From assembly GCF_009914755.1 (NCBI RefSeq), contig NC_060935.1: DNA of 64,000 bases. The stretch is one strand, 5' to 3'. The notes beneath the pieces are model-generated. The model searched no databases. It saw only the letters and a list, made by a program, of their open reading frames with translations, and was not told where the DNA came from. Every line of letters begins with the position of its first letter. Within the stretch, counting starts at the first letter, position 1. Positions 29,532 through 40,130 of the stretch are shown here, piece after piece. This DNA comes from the human T2T-CHM13v2.0 reference genome, Homo sapiens. The position numbers and the translations under genes were made by a program.

Positions 29532-29571
29532 GTTATTAGCACCATGCTCTAACCAACTGAGCTGACCAGCC
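29532..29571 (-). pseudogene. 5'-half tRNA-Ile(AAT) retrocopy, tailless
   Basis: Reverse complement GGCTGGTCAGCTCAGTTGGTTAGAGCATGGTGCTAATAAC versus recalled tRNA-Ile-AAT GGCCGGTTAGCTCAGTTGGTTAGAGCGTGGTGCTAATAAC (37/40). Confidence 0.85.
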
Positions 29572-29884
29572 ATCACATGATCTTAAATATATTTGTACCT
29601 AACAACAGGATTCTGAAATACATCAAGTAAAAGCAAAGGGCATTGAAAAGGCAATGTAGATGATTTAATAATTATAGTTCAAGATTTTAAGACCCTTGAT
29701 ACTGACAGAGAAAGTAGACAGAAAATTAGTAAAGAGAAAAGGTTAAAAAAAACGATTATTCAACATGGTGGTTTAACTGACATGTATAGAACACTTCCCC
29801 CTGCAGCAGCAAAAAATATTCTTTCAAGTGCATTTGGAAGTTTCTTCAGGACAGATCATACGATAGGCTTTAAAGCAAGTTTTC

Positions 29885-30207
29885 GGCCAGGTACGGTGGC
29901 TCATGCCTGTAATCCCAGCACCGTGGGAGACCGAGGCGGGTGAATCACCTGGTGTCAGGAGTTTAAGACCAGCCTGGCCAACATGGTGAAACCCCATCTC
30001 TACTAGAAATACAAATGTCAGCCAGGTCCACACCTGGACACCAGGTATCAGTCACCTGTAATCCCAGCTACTCAGGAGGCTGAGGCAGGAACATCGCTTG
30101 AACCCAGGAGGTGGAGGTTGCAGTGAGCCGAGATCACACCACTGCATGCACTCCATCCTGGATGACAGAACGAAACTACGTCTCCAAAAAAAAAAAAAAA
30201 AAAAAAA
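29885..30207 (+). mobile_element. AluS (Sx-like)
   Basis: Full dimer with long A tail; 13-bp TSD aaagcaagttttc (29872-29884, 30208-30220). Confidence 0.92.
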
Positions 30208-30745
30208 AAAGCAAGTTTTCATAAACATAAAAAGATTGAAGTCATTCAAAGTATGTCCTTCAATCACAATAGAATTGAATTCAAAATCAATGACAGAATC
30301 TTGAAAAATCCTTTACAATATCTGGAAATTAGATAACACATTTCTAAATAACTCAGGATCAAAGAAGAAATTGAATGTAAAATTAAAGAATATTTTGTAC
30401 TGAATGAAAGTGAAAAGACAACATATGAAAATTTATGGGATGCAGCTAAACAGTGCTTAGACAAAAAGTTGCAGCTTTAAACATGTATATTAAAAGTTGT
30501 ATTCACCGTTTAGGAAGGTAATTGTTACAAATTAGAAAATGTTTTATTGTATGCACAAATTTTAGACTTCGTTGGTTTAATGTTGGAGCCTCCTCATCAA
30601 AGGTTTTTAAGTCTTTAAATACATAGCAATACATTATATATATATATATATATATATATGCATGTATATAAGTGCATATAATATACTGTTAAATGCTTTA
30701 TTCAGAAAAGATCTTGTAGATAATCACCACCATGTATTGATATTC

Positions 30746-31166
30746 TGATATAGTTTGAACGTATGTCCCTACCAAATCTCATGTTGAATTTCAATCCCCA
30801 GTGTTGGAGGTAGGGCCCAGTGGGAGGCCTTTGGATCATAGGGGTGGATCCCTCATGAATGGCTTGGGCCATGCCCTTGGTGATAAGTGAGCTCTTACTC
30901 TGAGTTCATACAAGATGTGGTCATTTAAAAGTGTGTGTCACCTCACCCCGACTCTTTCTTTCTTGCTCCTTCTCTGCCATGTGAAGTGCCTGCTCCCCCT
31001 TCACCTTCCACCATGATTGGAAGCTTCTTGAGGCCTCCCCAGAAGCAGATGCTGGTGCTGTACTTCCTACACAGCCTACAGAACCATGAGCCAATTAAAC
31101 ATCTTTTCTTATAAATTATCCGGTCTCAGGTATTTCTTTATAGCAATGCAAGAATTGGCTAACACA
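30746..31166 (+). mobile_element. MSTA-like MaLR solo LTR
   Basis: tgatatagtttg...aaatctcatgttgaa...ctcaggtatttctttatagcaatgcaagaa...aacaca; imperfect 5-bp TSD tattc/gattc. Confidence 0.88.
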
Positions 31167-31239
31167 GATTCTATCCACTTGTGGGGCACTGGGCTAAGCA
31201 CTTTATATATACAATTTCATTTAATATTCACAATCCTAT

Positions 31240-31692
31240 TTTCATGCGCGTCCGTGTGAAGAGACCACCAAACAGGCTTTGCGTGAGCAGTAAAGCTGTT
31301 TATTTCACCTGGGTGCAGGTGGGCTGAGTCCGAAAAGAGAGTCAGTGAAGGGAGATAAGGGTGGAGCCCTTTTATAGGATTTGGGTAGGTAAAGGAAAAT
31401 TACAGTCCAAGGGGGTTTGTTCTCTGGCGGGCAGGAGTGGGGGTCTCAAGGTGCTCAGTGGGGGTGATTTTTGAGCCAGGATGAGCTAGGAAAAGGACTT
31501 TCACAAGGTAAGGTCATCACTTAAGGCAAGACCCGGGCATTTACACTTCTTTTGTGGTGGAATGTCATCAGTTAAGGTGGGGCAGGGCATATTCACTTCT
31601 TTTGTGATTCTTCAGTTACTTCAGGCCATCTGGGCATATACGTGCAAGTCACAGGGGATGCGATGGCTTGGCTTGGGCTCAGAGGCCTGACA
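31240..31692 (-). repeat. HERV-H 3' LTR (LTR7)
   Basis: Minus strand TGTCAGGCCTCTGAGCCCAAG...GGACGCGCATGAAA; AATAAA at 31299-31304; preceded by PPT ATAAGAAGTCAGGAA. Confidence 0.97.
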
Positions 31693-32149
31693 TTCCTGAC
31701 TTCTTATATTAATAAGAAAAATAAAACACAATAGTGTTGAAGTGTTGGAGCGGCGGAAATTTTTGGGGGGTGGTATGGAGAGAGAATGGGCGATGTTTCT
31801 CAGGGCTGCTTCAAGCGGGATTAGGGGAGGCGTGGGAACCTAGAGTGGGAGAGATTAAGCTGAAGGGAGGTCTTGTGGTAAGGGGTGAGATTGTGGGGAT
31901 GTTAGAAGAAACATTTGTCATATAGAATGATTGGTGATGGCCTGGATATGGTTTTGGATGAATTGAGAAACTAAATGGAATAAGAGAAGGAGTAAAACAG
32001 ATATAAAAGGTCTAAGAATTGGGATGACTCAGGATATCTGATTAGAGAGTGCCTAAGGAGATTCAGCATAGTCCTGCCAGCAGAGATTATTTATTTACTT
32101 CAAGAGTTAAGAGTGGCAGTTTGGGGATAGCACCAGGAGATATCAGCTG

Positions 32150-34090
32150 TGATGGCTTGGAAAAACAGTGTAAACCGGCAGTGTAAACAGGAGCAGGGCC
32201 TGTATGAGTAGTTGAGAACGGTGAACAGGAGTATGACTAGACAGAAGATAGTAGGGATGACAAGTTTTTTGGGGCACAGTCTAAGTTGGTCTGGTGTCTG
32301 GAATGAGACTGGGGCCTAATAAAAAGGAGCATCTATACAGGAGCTTAAATGGGCTGTACCCTGTAGCATTCTGAGGACAGGCCTGAATTCTGAGAAGGGA
32401 AAGTGGTAAAAGTATTGTCCAGTCCTTTTTAAGTTGGTGGCTGAGCTTGGTGAGGTGTGTTTTTAAAAGACCTTTAGTCCATTCTACTTTTCTTGAAGAC
32501 GGAGGACCGTAAGGGATATAAAGGTTTCACTGAATACTAAGAGCCTGAGAAACTGCTTGGCTGATTTGACTAATAAAGGCTCATCTGTTGTCAGACTGTA
32601 TTGAGGTGGGAAGGCTAAACTGAGGAATTATGTCTGACAGAAGGGAAGAAATGACTGCGGTGGCCTTCCCAGACCCTGTAGGAAAGGCCTCTACCTATCC
32701 AGTGAAAGTATCTACCTAGACTAAGAGGTATTTTAGTTATCTGACTCAGGGCATGTTGAGTAAAGCTAATTTGCCAGTCCTGGGTGGGGCAAATCCTCGA
32801 GCTTGATGTGTAGGGAAGGGAGGGGGCCTGAATAATCCCTGAGGAGTAGTAGAATAGCAGATGGAACACTGAGAAGTTATTTCCTTGAGGATAGATTTCC
32901 ACGATGGAAAGGAAATGAGAGGTTCTAAGAGGCGGGCTAGTGGCTTGTACTATAGCATAGCCTGCCTTTGCTGGTGTGTGGCGATTAGGCCTGGTGGAAC
33001 CGCCATCAATAAATCAAGCGTGATCAGCGTGAGGAACAGGAAAGAAGGAAATTTGGGGAAATGGGGTGAATGTCAGGTGGATCAGAGAGATAGTCATGGG
33101 GGTCAGGTGTGGTATCAGGAATAATGTGGGAGGCCAGATTGAAGTCTGGGCCAGGAACAACGGTAATTGTGGAAGACTCAACAAAGAGTGAATATAGCTG
33201 AAGGAGCCGGGAAGCAGAAAGTATATGCGTCAGGTATGAGGAAGAAAATAGATTTTGGAAGTTATGAGAACTGTAGAGAGTGAGTTGAGCATAGTTTGTG
33301 ATTTTGAGGGCCTCTAAAAGTATTAAAGCAGCGGCAGCCGCTGCACGCAGACATGAGGGCTAGGCTAAAGCAGTAAGGTCAAGTTGTTTGGACAGAAAGG
33401 CTACAGGGTGCGGTCCTGGCTCTTGTGTAAGAATTCTGACCATGCTAACCATGCCTAGGAAGGAAAGGAGTTGTTGTTTTGTAGAAGATGCTTGGGTTTG
33501 AGAGATCAGTCGAACACGATTGGCAGGGAGAGCACGTGTGCTTTTATGAGAATTATGCCGAGATAGGTAACAGATGAGGAAGAAATTTGGGCTTGACTGA
33601 AGTAATGGGGGCTGTCTGTGAAGCTCTGCGGCAGTACAGCCTAGGTAATTTGCTGAGCTTGATGGGTGTCAGGGTCAGTCTAAGTGAAAGCGAAGAGAGG
33701 CTGGGATGAAGGGTGCAAAGCAATAGTAAAGAAAGCATGTTTGAGATCCAGAACAGAATAATGGGTAGTAGAGGCAGGTATTGAGGGTTGGAGAGTATAT
33801 GGGTTTGGCACCATGGGGTGGATAGGCAAAACAATTTGGTTGATAAGGTGCAGATCCTGAACTAACTTGTAAGCCTTGTCTGGTTTTAGGACAGGTAAAA
33901 TGGGGGAATTGTAAGGAGAGTTTATAGGCTTTAAAAGGCCATGCTGTAGCAGGCGAGTGATAACAGGCTTTAATCTTTTTAAAGCGTGCTGCGGGATGGG
34001 ATATTGGCGTTGAGCGGGGTAAGGGTGATTAGGTTTTAATGAGATGGTAAGGGGTGCGTGATCAGTCTCACCAAGGAGGGAGTAGAGATC
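32150..34090 (-). pseudogene. pol: HERV-H pol remnants (RT/RNase H/integrase), frameshifted and deleted
   Basis: Lies between pro and the 3' LTR; ORF 32615-32902 contains PTQDWQISFT, a degenerate integrase DWQIDFT motif; boundaries approximate. Confidence 0.75.
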
Positions 34091-34092
34091 TC

Positions 34093-34518
34093 TTATACTT
34101 GTGGGTTAAGGTGAGGGGATACAAGAGGAGGACGCAAAGGAGGCTTTGGATTGGGAAGAAGGGCAGCAATGAGATATAGCTGTAGTCTAGGAATAGTCAT
34201 GGAAGCAGATAATTTAGTTAAAGTGTTTTGGCCTAATAAGGGAACTGGGCAGGTGGGGATAACTAAAAAGGAGTGCTTAAAAGAGTATTGTCTATGTTGG
34301 CACCAGAGTTGGGGAGTTTTAAGAGGTTTAGAAGCCTGGCCGTCAATACCCACAACAGTTATGGAGGCGAGGGAAACAGGCCCTTGAAAAGAAGGTAATG
34401 TGGAGTGGGTAGCCTCCGTATTGATAAAGAAGGGGACGGACTTCCCTCCACTGTGAGAGTTACTTGAAGCTCGGCGTCCGTGATGGTTTAGGGGGCTTCT
34501 GAGGTGATCGGGCAGCAT
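34093..34518 (-). pseudogene. pro: HERV-H protease remnant, catalytically dead
   Basis: FFINTEATHSTL (DTGA decayed to NTEA), VVGIDG, HSFLVIPTCPVPLLG. Confidence 0.85.
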
Positions 34519-34531
34519 CAGTCTTCAGCCG

Positions 34532-34873
34532 CTAAGCCGAGAAGGAGTCAGTCAGAGAACCTTGGGCCAGAGTTCCAGGGGCGCTGGGAGTGGCTGCCAG
34601 GTGAGTTGAACAGTCCGATTTCCAGTGGGGTCCTGCACAGATGGGACATGGCTTAGGAGGAATCCTGGGCTGCAGGCATTCCTTGGCCTGGTGGTCAGAT
34701 TTCTGGCACGTGTAGCAAGCTCCTGGGGGAGGTTCTGGAGGAATGCCTGGCCGCTGCGGTTCAGGCGTTTGGAAGTTCTTGTGTGCTGGAGATGTGGCTG
34801 GGGTTTGTCTCACAGTGGAGGCAAGGAATTGCAACTTTTTTCTATTATTGTACACCTTGAAGGCGAGGTTCAT
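34532..34873 (-). pseudogene. gag: HERV-H gag C-terminal/nucleocapsid remnant
   Basis: LAFKVYNNR motif and two zinc knuckles, CYTCQKSDHQAKEC and CPICAGPHWKSDC. Confidence 0.9.
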
Positions 34874-35882
34874 TAAATCCTGTGTGGGGTTTGAGGGCCG
34901 GAATTTAATTTTTGGAGTTTTATTTAATGTCGGGAGCAGATTGGGTAATAAAATGTGTATTGAGAATAAGACGGCCTTTTGACCTTTTAGGGTTTAGGGC
35001 TGTAAAGCCTCTCAGGGTTGCTGCCAAACAAGCCATGAACTGGGCTGGGTTTTTATATTTGATGAAAAAGAGCCTAAACGCTATCTGATTTGGGATAAAG
35101 AAAAAGGAGCGTTAAACTTGACTATGCCTTTGGCTCCAGCCACCTTTTTAAGGGTAAATTGCTGGGCAGGTGGGGGAGGGCTAGTCACGGAATGAAACTG
35201 TAAGCCAGACCAGGTGTGAGGAGGGGAGGCGATAAAAAGATTACAGGGTGCAGGAGCGGAGGCTGAGGAAGAAGTGGGACTTAGCTTGAGCTGGCGAGGA
35301 GAGGAGAGGTCAGATGGGTCTGTAGAAAAGGAAGATTAGAAAGACTCAGCGACGCTTGGGGTTGGGACTGAGGGGACAGGCGGGAGGGAAAGAAGGAAGA
35401 TTTGGGACGAGTTGCACTGGGCACAGAGACTAGGAAGGGACAGATGTGTAAAAGAATGCCTGGACGTCAGGCACCTCAGAACATTTGCCCATTTTACGAC
35501 AAGAATTATTTAGATCTTGCAGGATGGAAAAATTGAAAGTGCCATTTTCTGGCTATTTGGAACTACTGTCGAGTTTGTATTGGGGTCAAGTGGCATTGCA
35601 GAAGAAAATAAGGCATTTAGGTTTTAGGTCAGGTGTGAGTTGAAGAGGTTTTAAGTTTTTGAGAACACAGGCTAAGGGAGAAGAAGGAGGAATGGAAGGT
35701 GGAAGCTTGCCCATAGTGAAGGAGGCAAGCCCAGACAAAAGAGTAGAGACATGGAGTAGGGGTGGGGGGTTCTTGCCCTCCAGAAAAGCAGAGAAGGGGT
35801 TGGGGCACGGAAATAAGGGATTGGGGCGCAGAGATAAGAGGTTGGGGTGTGGAAATAAGCGATTGGGGGGTTCTTGCCCCCT

Positions 35883-36040
35883 AGGAAAGCGGGACTTGCC
35901 GCTGAGGGTGAAGGAGAAGGGGTTGAGGGGTACTTGCCCCTGCCCCAGGAAAGCAGGACTTGCCGCTGAGGGTGAAGAAGGGGTTGAGGGGTACTTGCCC
36001 CTGCCCCAGGAAAGCAGGACTTGCCGCTAAGGGTGAAGGA
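35883..36040. repeat. 61-64 bp tandem repeat (about 2.5 copies) in the HERV-H leader
   Basis: aggaaagc(g/a)ggacttgccgct(g/a)agggtgaag recurs at 35883, 35947 and 36008. Confidence 0.9.
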
Positions 36041-36275
36041 CCGAGGCAGGCGTCCCTGCAAAGATTAAACACCAAGGGAAGGCTGCCTTCCCAGTCCGTG
36101 ACCGGCGCCGGAGTTTTGGGTCCACGGATAAAATGCGTCTCCTTTGTCTCTACCAAAGGAATTGAAAGGAATTGAAATTAAGAGAAGGGAGAGATTGAAG
36201 TGTGGCACCAAGATTGAAAGGAGAAAGAGGTTGAGGGATAGTGAGGGAGGTTGGAGAAGAGAGTAAAAAGAGGCC

Positions 36276-36284
36276 ACTTACCGG
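36276..36284 (-). promoter_or_regulatory. HERV-H major splice donor
   Basis: Minus strand TTCAAATCCG|GTAAGT at the usual leader position; last exon base 36282. Confidence 0.8.
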
Positions 36285-36407
36285 ATTTGAAATTGGTGAG
36301 ATGTTTCTTGGGCTGGTCGGTCTGAGGACCTGAGGTCATAGGTGGATCTTTCTCATGGAGCAAAGAACAAGAGGACGGGGGATTGATCTCCCAAGGGAGG
36401 TCCCCTG

Positions 36408-36425
36408 ATCCGAGTCATGGCACCA
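36408..36425 (-). other. Primer binding site, tRNA-His
   Basis: TGGTGCCATGACTCGGAT, one mismatch from TGGTGCCGTGACTCGGAT, 2 nt after the 5' LTR. Confidence 0.93.
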
Positions 36426-36427
36426 AA

Positions 36428-36880
36428 TTTCATGCGCGTCCGTGTGAAGAGACCACCAAACAGGCTTTGTGTGAGCAGTAAAGCTGTTTATTTCACCTGG
36501 GTGCAGGTGGGCTGAGTCCGAAAAGAGAGTCAGCGAAGGGAGATAAGGGTGGGGCCGTTTTATAGGATTTGGGTAGGTAAAGGAAAATTACAGTCAAAGG
36601 GGGTTTGTTCTCTGGCGGGCAGGAGTGGGGGTCTCAAGGTGCTCAGTGGGGGTGCTTTTTGAGCCAGGGTGAGCTAGGAAAAGGACTTTCACAAGGTAAT
36701 GTCCTCACTTAAGGCAAGGACCGGCCATTTACACTTCTTTTGTGGTGGAATGTCATCAGTTAAGGTGGGGCAGGGCATATTCACTTTGTTTGTGATTCTT
36801 CAGTTACTTCAGGCCATCTGGGCATATACGTGTAAGTCACAGGGGATGTGATGGCTTGGCTTGGGCTCAGAGGCCTGACT
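36428..36880 (-). promoter_or_regulatory. HERV-H 5' LTR (LTR7, probably LTR7up type), promoter
   Basis: TATAAAA at 36558-36564, adjacent GT box at 36547-36555, ACAAAAGA block at 36736-36743; followed by the PBS. Confidence 0.93.
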
Positions 36881-36885
36881 CCTAT

Positions 36886-36990
36886 GAAGTATTATTAAGA
36901 AAAAATAAGGTTTGGAAAGCCTATAACTTGTCTATATTAAAATGTCAAATACATAGCAGAGCTGGATTCAAACCCAGGTCTCTTGGAAGA
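36886..36990 (-). mobile_element. Remaining part of the MIR split by HERV-H and MSTA (other parts about 30720-30745 and 31167-31239)
   Basis: ggcactgggctaagcactttat...catttaatattcacaatcctat joins gaagtattatt...gcagagctggattcaaacccaggtct as one colinear antisense MIR. Confidence 0.75.
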
Positions 36991-39964
36991 CAAAGCCAGC
37001 GCTCTTCTGTCCTAACCACCTCCCTTCCAGATCTCAGTGATTTTGTCTTAATTCTCAAACCTCTACATATATGTTTTTCTTCAGTCATGAAGACTAAGAT
37101 GAGAAATCGCCATTTCTTATCTTTGCATACCTCTGTTATAGTTTTGCAAATCCCGGTACATTCTTGCTTTGCCAGTTTTTCGTTTCTCAGCATGCCTAGC
37201 CTTGGTTTACTTTGGGTTACTACAAAATGGATTGTTTGCCTGCCCTACGAAGCATTTACTACAACATATATCTCCGACTTTTACTCCTTCTATTGAGATT
37301 TTTGTGTGTCCTTTCTGGGTATCTAAATCAGTATGCCTGAATTTGATGTGAACTCCTAGCAGTCAGGTACTGTCTAAAATAGAGGTTCACGTTAGTTTGA
37401 AAAACAGTGGAGATATTCTGATTTGGTAAGGAAGACTGAGTGTAAATAGTAGTACCTAGCAATATTGATCAGGCACAAAAATATGGAACTGAGAAACATC
37501 CTGATAATGTCAGTTGGGAAGATACAATGATTTATGGAGTGCCTGGAAATCACAAGCTCCTGTATGTGATAGCTTCCAAATGGCTAGTATATATATTTTA
37601 AAAAGATAAAACTTATCTTTGGTGAGAATGACTATATGTCAAATGGCTGAAACCATGGATTTGATTTTCTTTTTAATAAGTGGAAATAGAGATGGCAACA
37701 AAACTTGCTTCATAACGTCTCCCCAGACTAGTCTTCTTTGGCTAGAAAAATGGATTTTGGAAGGATTTTGGATGTCTTCGCTCCAGTTCTCTTATCTTAC
37801 AGATAAAATGGAAGCCCAGGGATAGAGTATTTTAGTTACCCCTGAATTTTCTGCACCAAGCAACGTAGCTGGCTCCTAAGAGGTGCCCCAGGAAGTGTGT
37901 GGAGGATGACTTGTCAAAGAGCACCCAGTTGAGATCTAGAATTAAAAACCAAGTCTCGGATTTTTCAGGCTGGTGTTAGACTTTCACCCTAAGAGATACG
38001 CATGTCTGTTACAGAAATAAAATTATTTCTAGGACCCAGAAAAGCCATTAGCCAATGTGAATGCAGGAGGGGAGAATTACTTCACTACACAGAATAGGGA
38101 CTCTGGGGACTTTTCCACTTATGTCTTCATGTGGGGTTTTAAATTCCTGAGAGAGCACAAGAGAAGCTGCCCCCAATACGTGGCCCTTATTGAGACACAG
38201 AGGGTCTCCTTTGTCCTCATTTTCTTGTGCCGGATGACCTAAAACAAAGATCTCTGAATAGCTCTTCTCTCCAGCCACTCGGGCCCCTGATTCTTCTCTG
38301 CCATTTCTTTTGAAAATAGTCACTTTCTAAGGGTGACTGTTCCTGAAAGAGACACCCAGGAGGAGGCATGGAGCTGGGCGGTATCACATCCTCGGTTACT
38401 ATCTCTCCTTCTCTTAGTTGCTCCAGTGTTCTTTCTTCCCACTGGCTCAGCTTGCTATTCCTGGCTACACCCAAGGCTGGACTACTTTGCATTTCTATGG
38501 CTTATGCCCACCTGAGTGTATTCAGTTCCTCCCCTTTCTCACCTTTGAGTAGCTGTCTCTGCATTTCCTGATCATCTTTCTTTGACATACTTGACCTCCA
38601 AAGGTCTCTCAGGTTATTTAAGGGTTGAGCCAAAACGCAAAGGGAGTTGGATGGAAATCTCAGATGGTATGGGGTGAAAGGAAGGAATGTGGAGGCAGGC
38701 ACAGGGGAGGAAGCTGCTTCCTCACAGAGAGTTCACTTACCAAGCCCAGCCTGAGGGCCCTGGGCAGCTGCCCCGTGCTCTCACTGCCTCTGGACTGCAG
38801 GGTGGGAGTTGGTCTGCACACAGGATACCCTGCCTGTGTCCACTGAAATTCCCTTGGCTGGTGTGTCTGGGTCACTCTTAGCTGAAGAGAGAGCACCAGT
38901 GACTAGTGGGCGCTCCATAAACTTTGCTTAATTATGTTGTTTGCTCTTGAAAGTGGAGGACCCTGAAAGTTTTGATCAATGTACCACAATTGGTCAGTTT
39001 TCTGAGCCTTTTGGAAACAGCTGTGATTAGTTGTCAATAGAAATAACGTAGCAACGTTCATTTTTATCTAAATGAAAATAAAGAGCAGAAGTGGTGAGTA
39101 GAAAGGGCAAGATAGAAATGGGTTAATAGGAGCAAGAGAATGGAGAGAGTGCTGGACAGGAAAAGGAAGAGATCATCAGAAGGCACAATTAGAGCAATGC
39201 CCAGTAGACTAAAATTCTTGAGATGAGGCGTATCAGCTGCAGAGAACACAAAACGGAGCTGCGTCCCACGGGGACAAAAAGCCATCACCATGCTCTTCAT
39301 CAACAGCTCTCAAACGGACAGAAGACATCCCTGAATGCCAGTTGTCTGTATGTATAGTAGCAATGTGGGCAAATTCGGAAATATCTTTAGCTAAGTGCCT
39401 CCAAAGGTATAAGATGGGACACAAACACAAGGACAGCTTTTTCTATGCAAAAACACAAAGGCACCAAAAATATGCCAGGAATGTGTGTGATCAGCACAAA
39501 GCCATGGGACCATCCAGGATGATCTGAATGCAGGGATTTCACTGTGGAGACCTTGACAGCACAAACCCTTAGGTTCTGGGTGGCCTTAATGGCAGGCACC
39601 CATAACCCCTTTTTTGGGATTTTGGAGGAACTCTGACTTGTGAAATCACTGGGCTAGAGGGTGAGGGGAGGGTAGGCAAAGGAGAGCAAGGATGAAGCCA
39701 TCATGTTTTCCCACCTCACCCCCACTGCTCACCTTTGGTTATCCCTCAGGCCTCCCCACAGCAAATTCAGCTCATCCTCTCTGCAGCCTAACCCAAGAGT
39801 AGGGATAAGAACAGAGTAAGTTAAAACATGTGACTTTCTGAGCAGGTTTTGGGAAGCATATTCCCCTCCTTCTCCAACTGCTCCAATAGGAAAAGGGGTT
39901 TGCTCACTGAAGGCTTTTGGTGACCTGAACTATTAGCAGAAGAACAAAACACAAATGCCGTGGT

Positions 39965-40130
39965 GGGAGAGGCACGGGCTTGAATCCCATCTGCCCCAGT
40001 TACTGGTGGAGCAAACGTGAAGCCCCACACTTTCTCGGTCCTGGGTTTCCTCATTTACAAAATGTGATTAATCAATAATCCCATCTATCTCATAAATGAG
40101 ATGATCAATGAAAAGTCTGTGCAACAAAGC
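39965..40130 (+). mobile_element. MIR SINE
   Basis: gggcttgaatcccatctgcc...gtttcctcatttacaaaatg. Confidence 0.65.

Larger units (their letters stand above)
31240..36880 (-). mobile_element. HERV-H provirus with two LTR7 LTRs, common deleted form, 5.64 kb
   Basis: Two 453-bp direct repeats, tRNA-His PBS, PPT, gag zinc knuckles, pro/pol remnants, TSD cctat (31235-31239, 36881-36885). Confidence 0.98.

Noticed and set aside
29532-29571. Functional tRNA-Ile gene
   Set aside because: Only the 5' 40 nt are present; no T arm, B box or 3' acceptor strand
31693-32150. HERV-H env gene
   Set aside because: Too little space and no env ORF; consistent with the common env-deleted form
31240-36880. Assignment to a named HERV-H lncRNA locus such as ESRG or LINC-ROR
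   Set aside because: No flanking exons that I could recognise; locus identity needs a genome alignment
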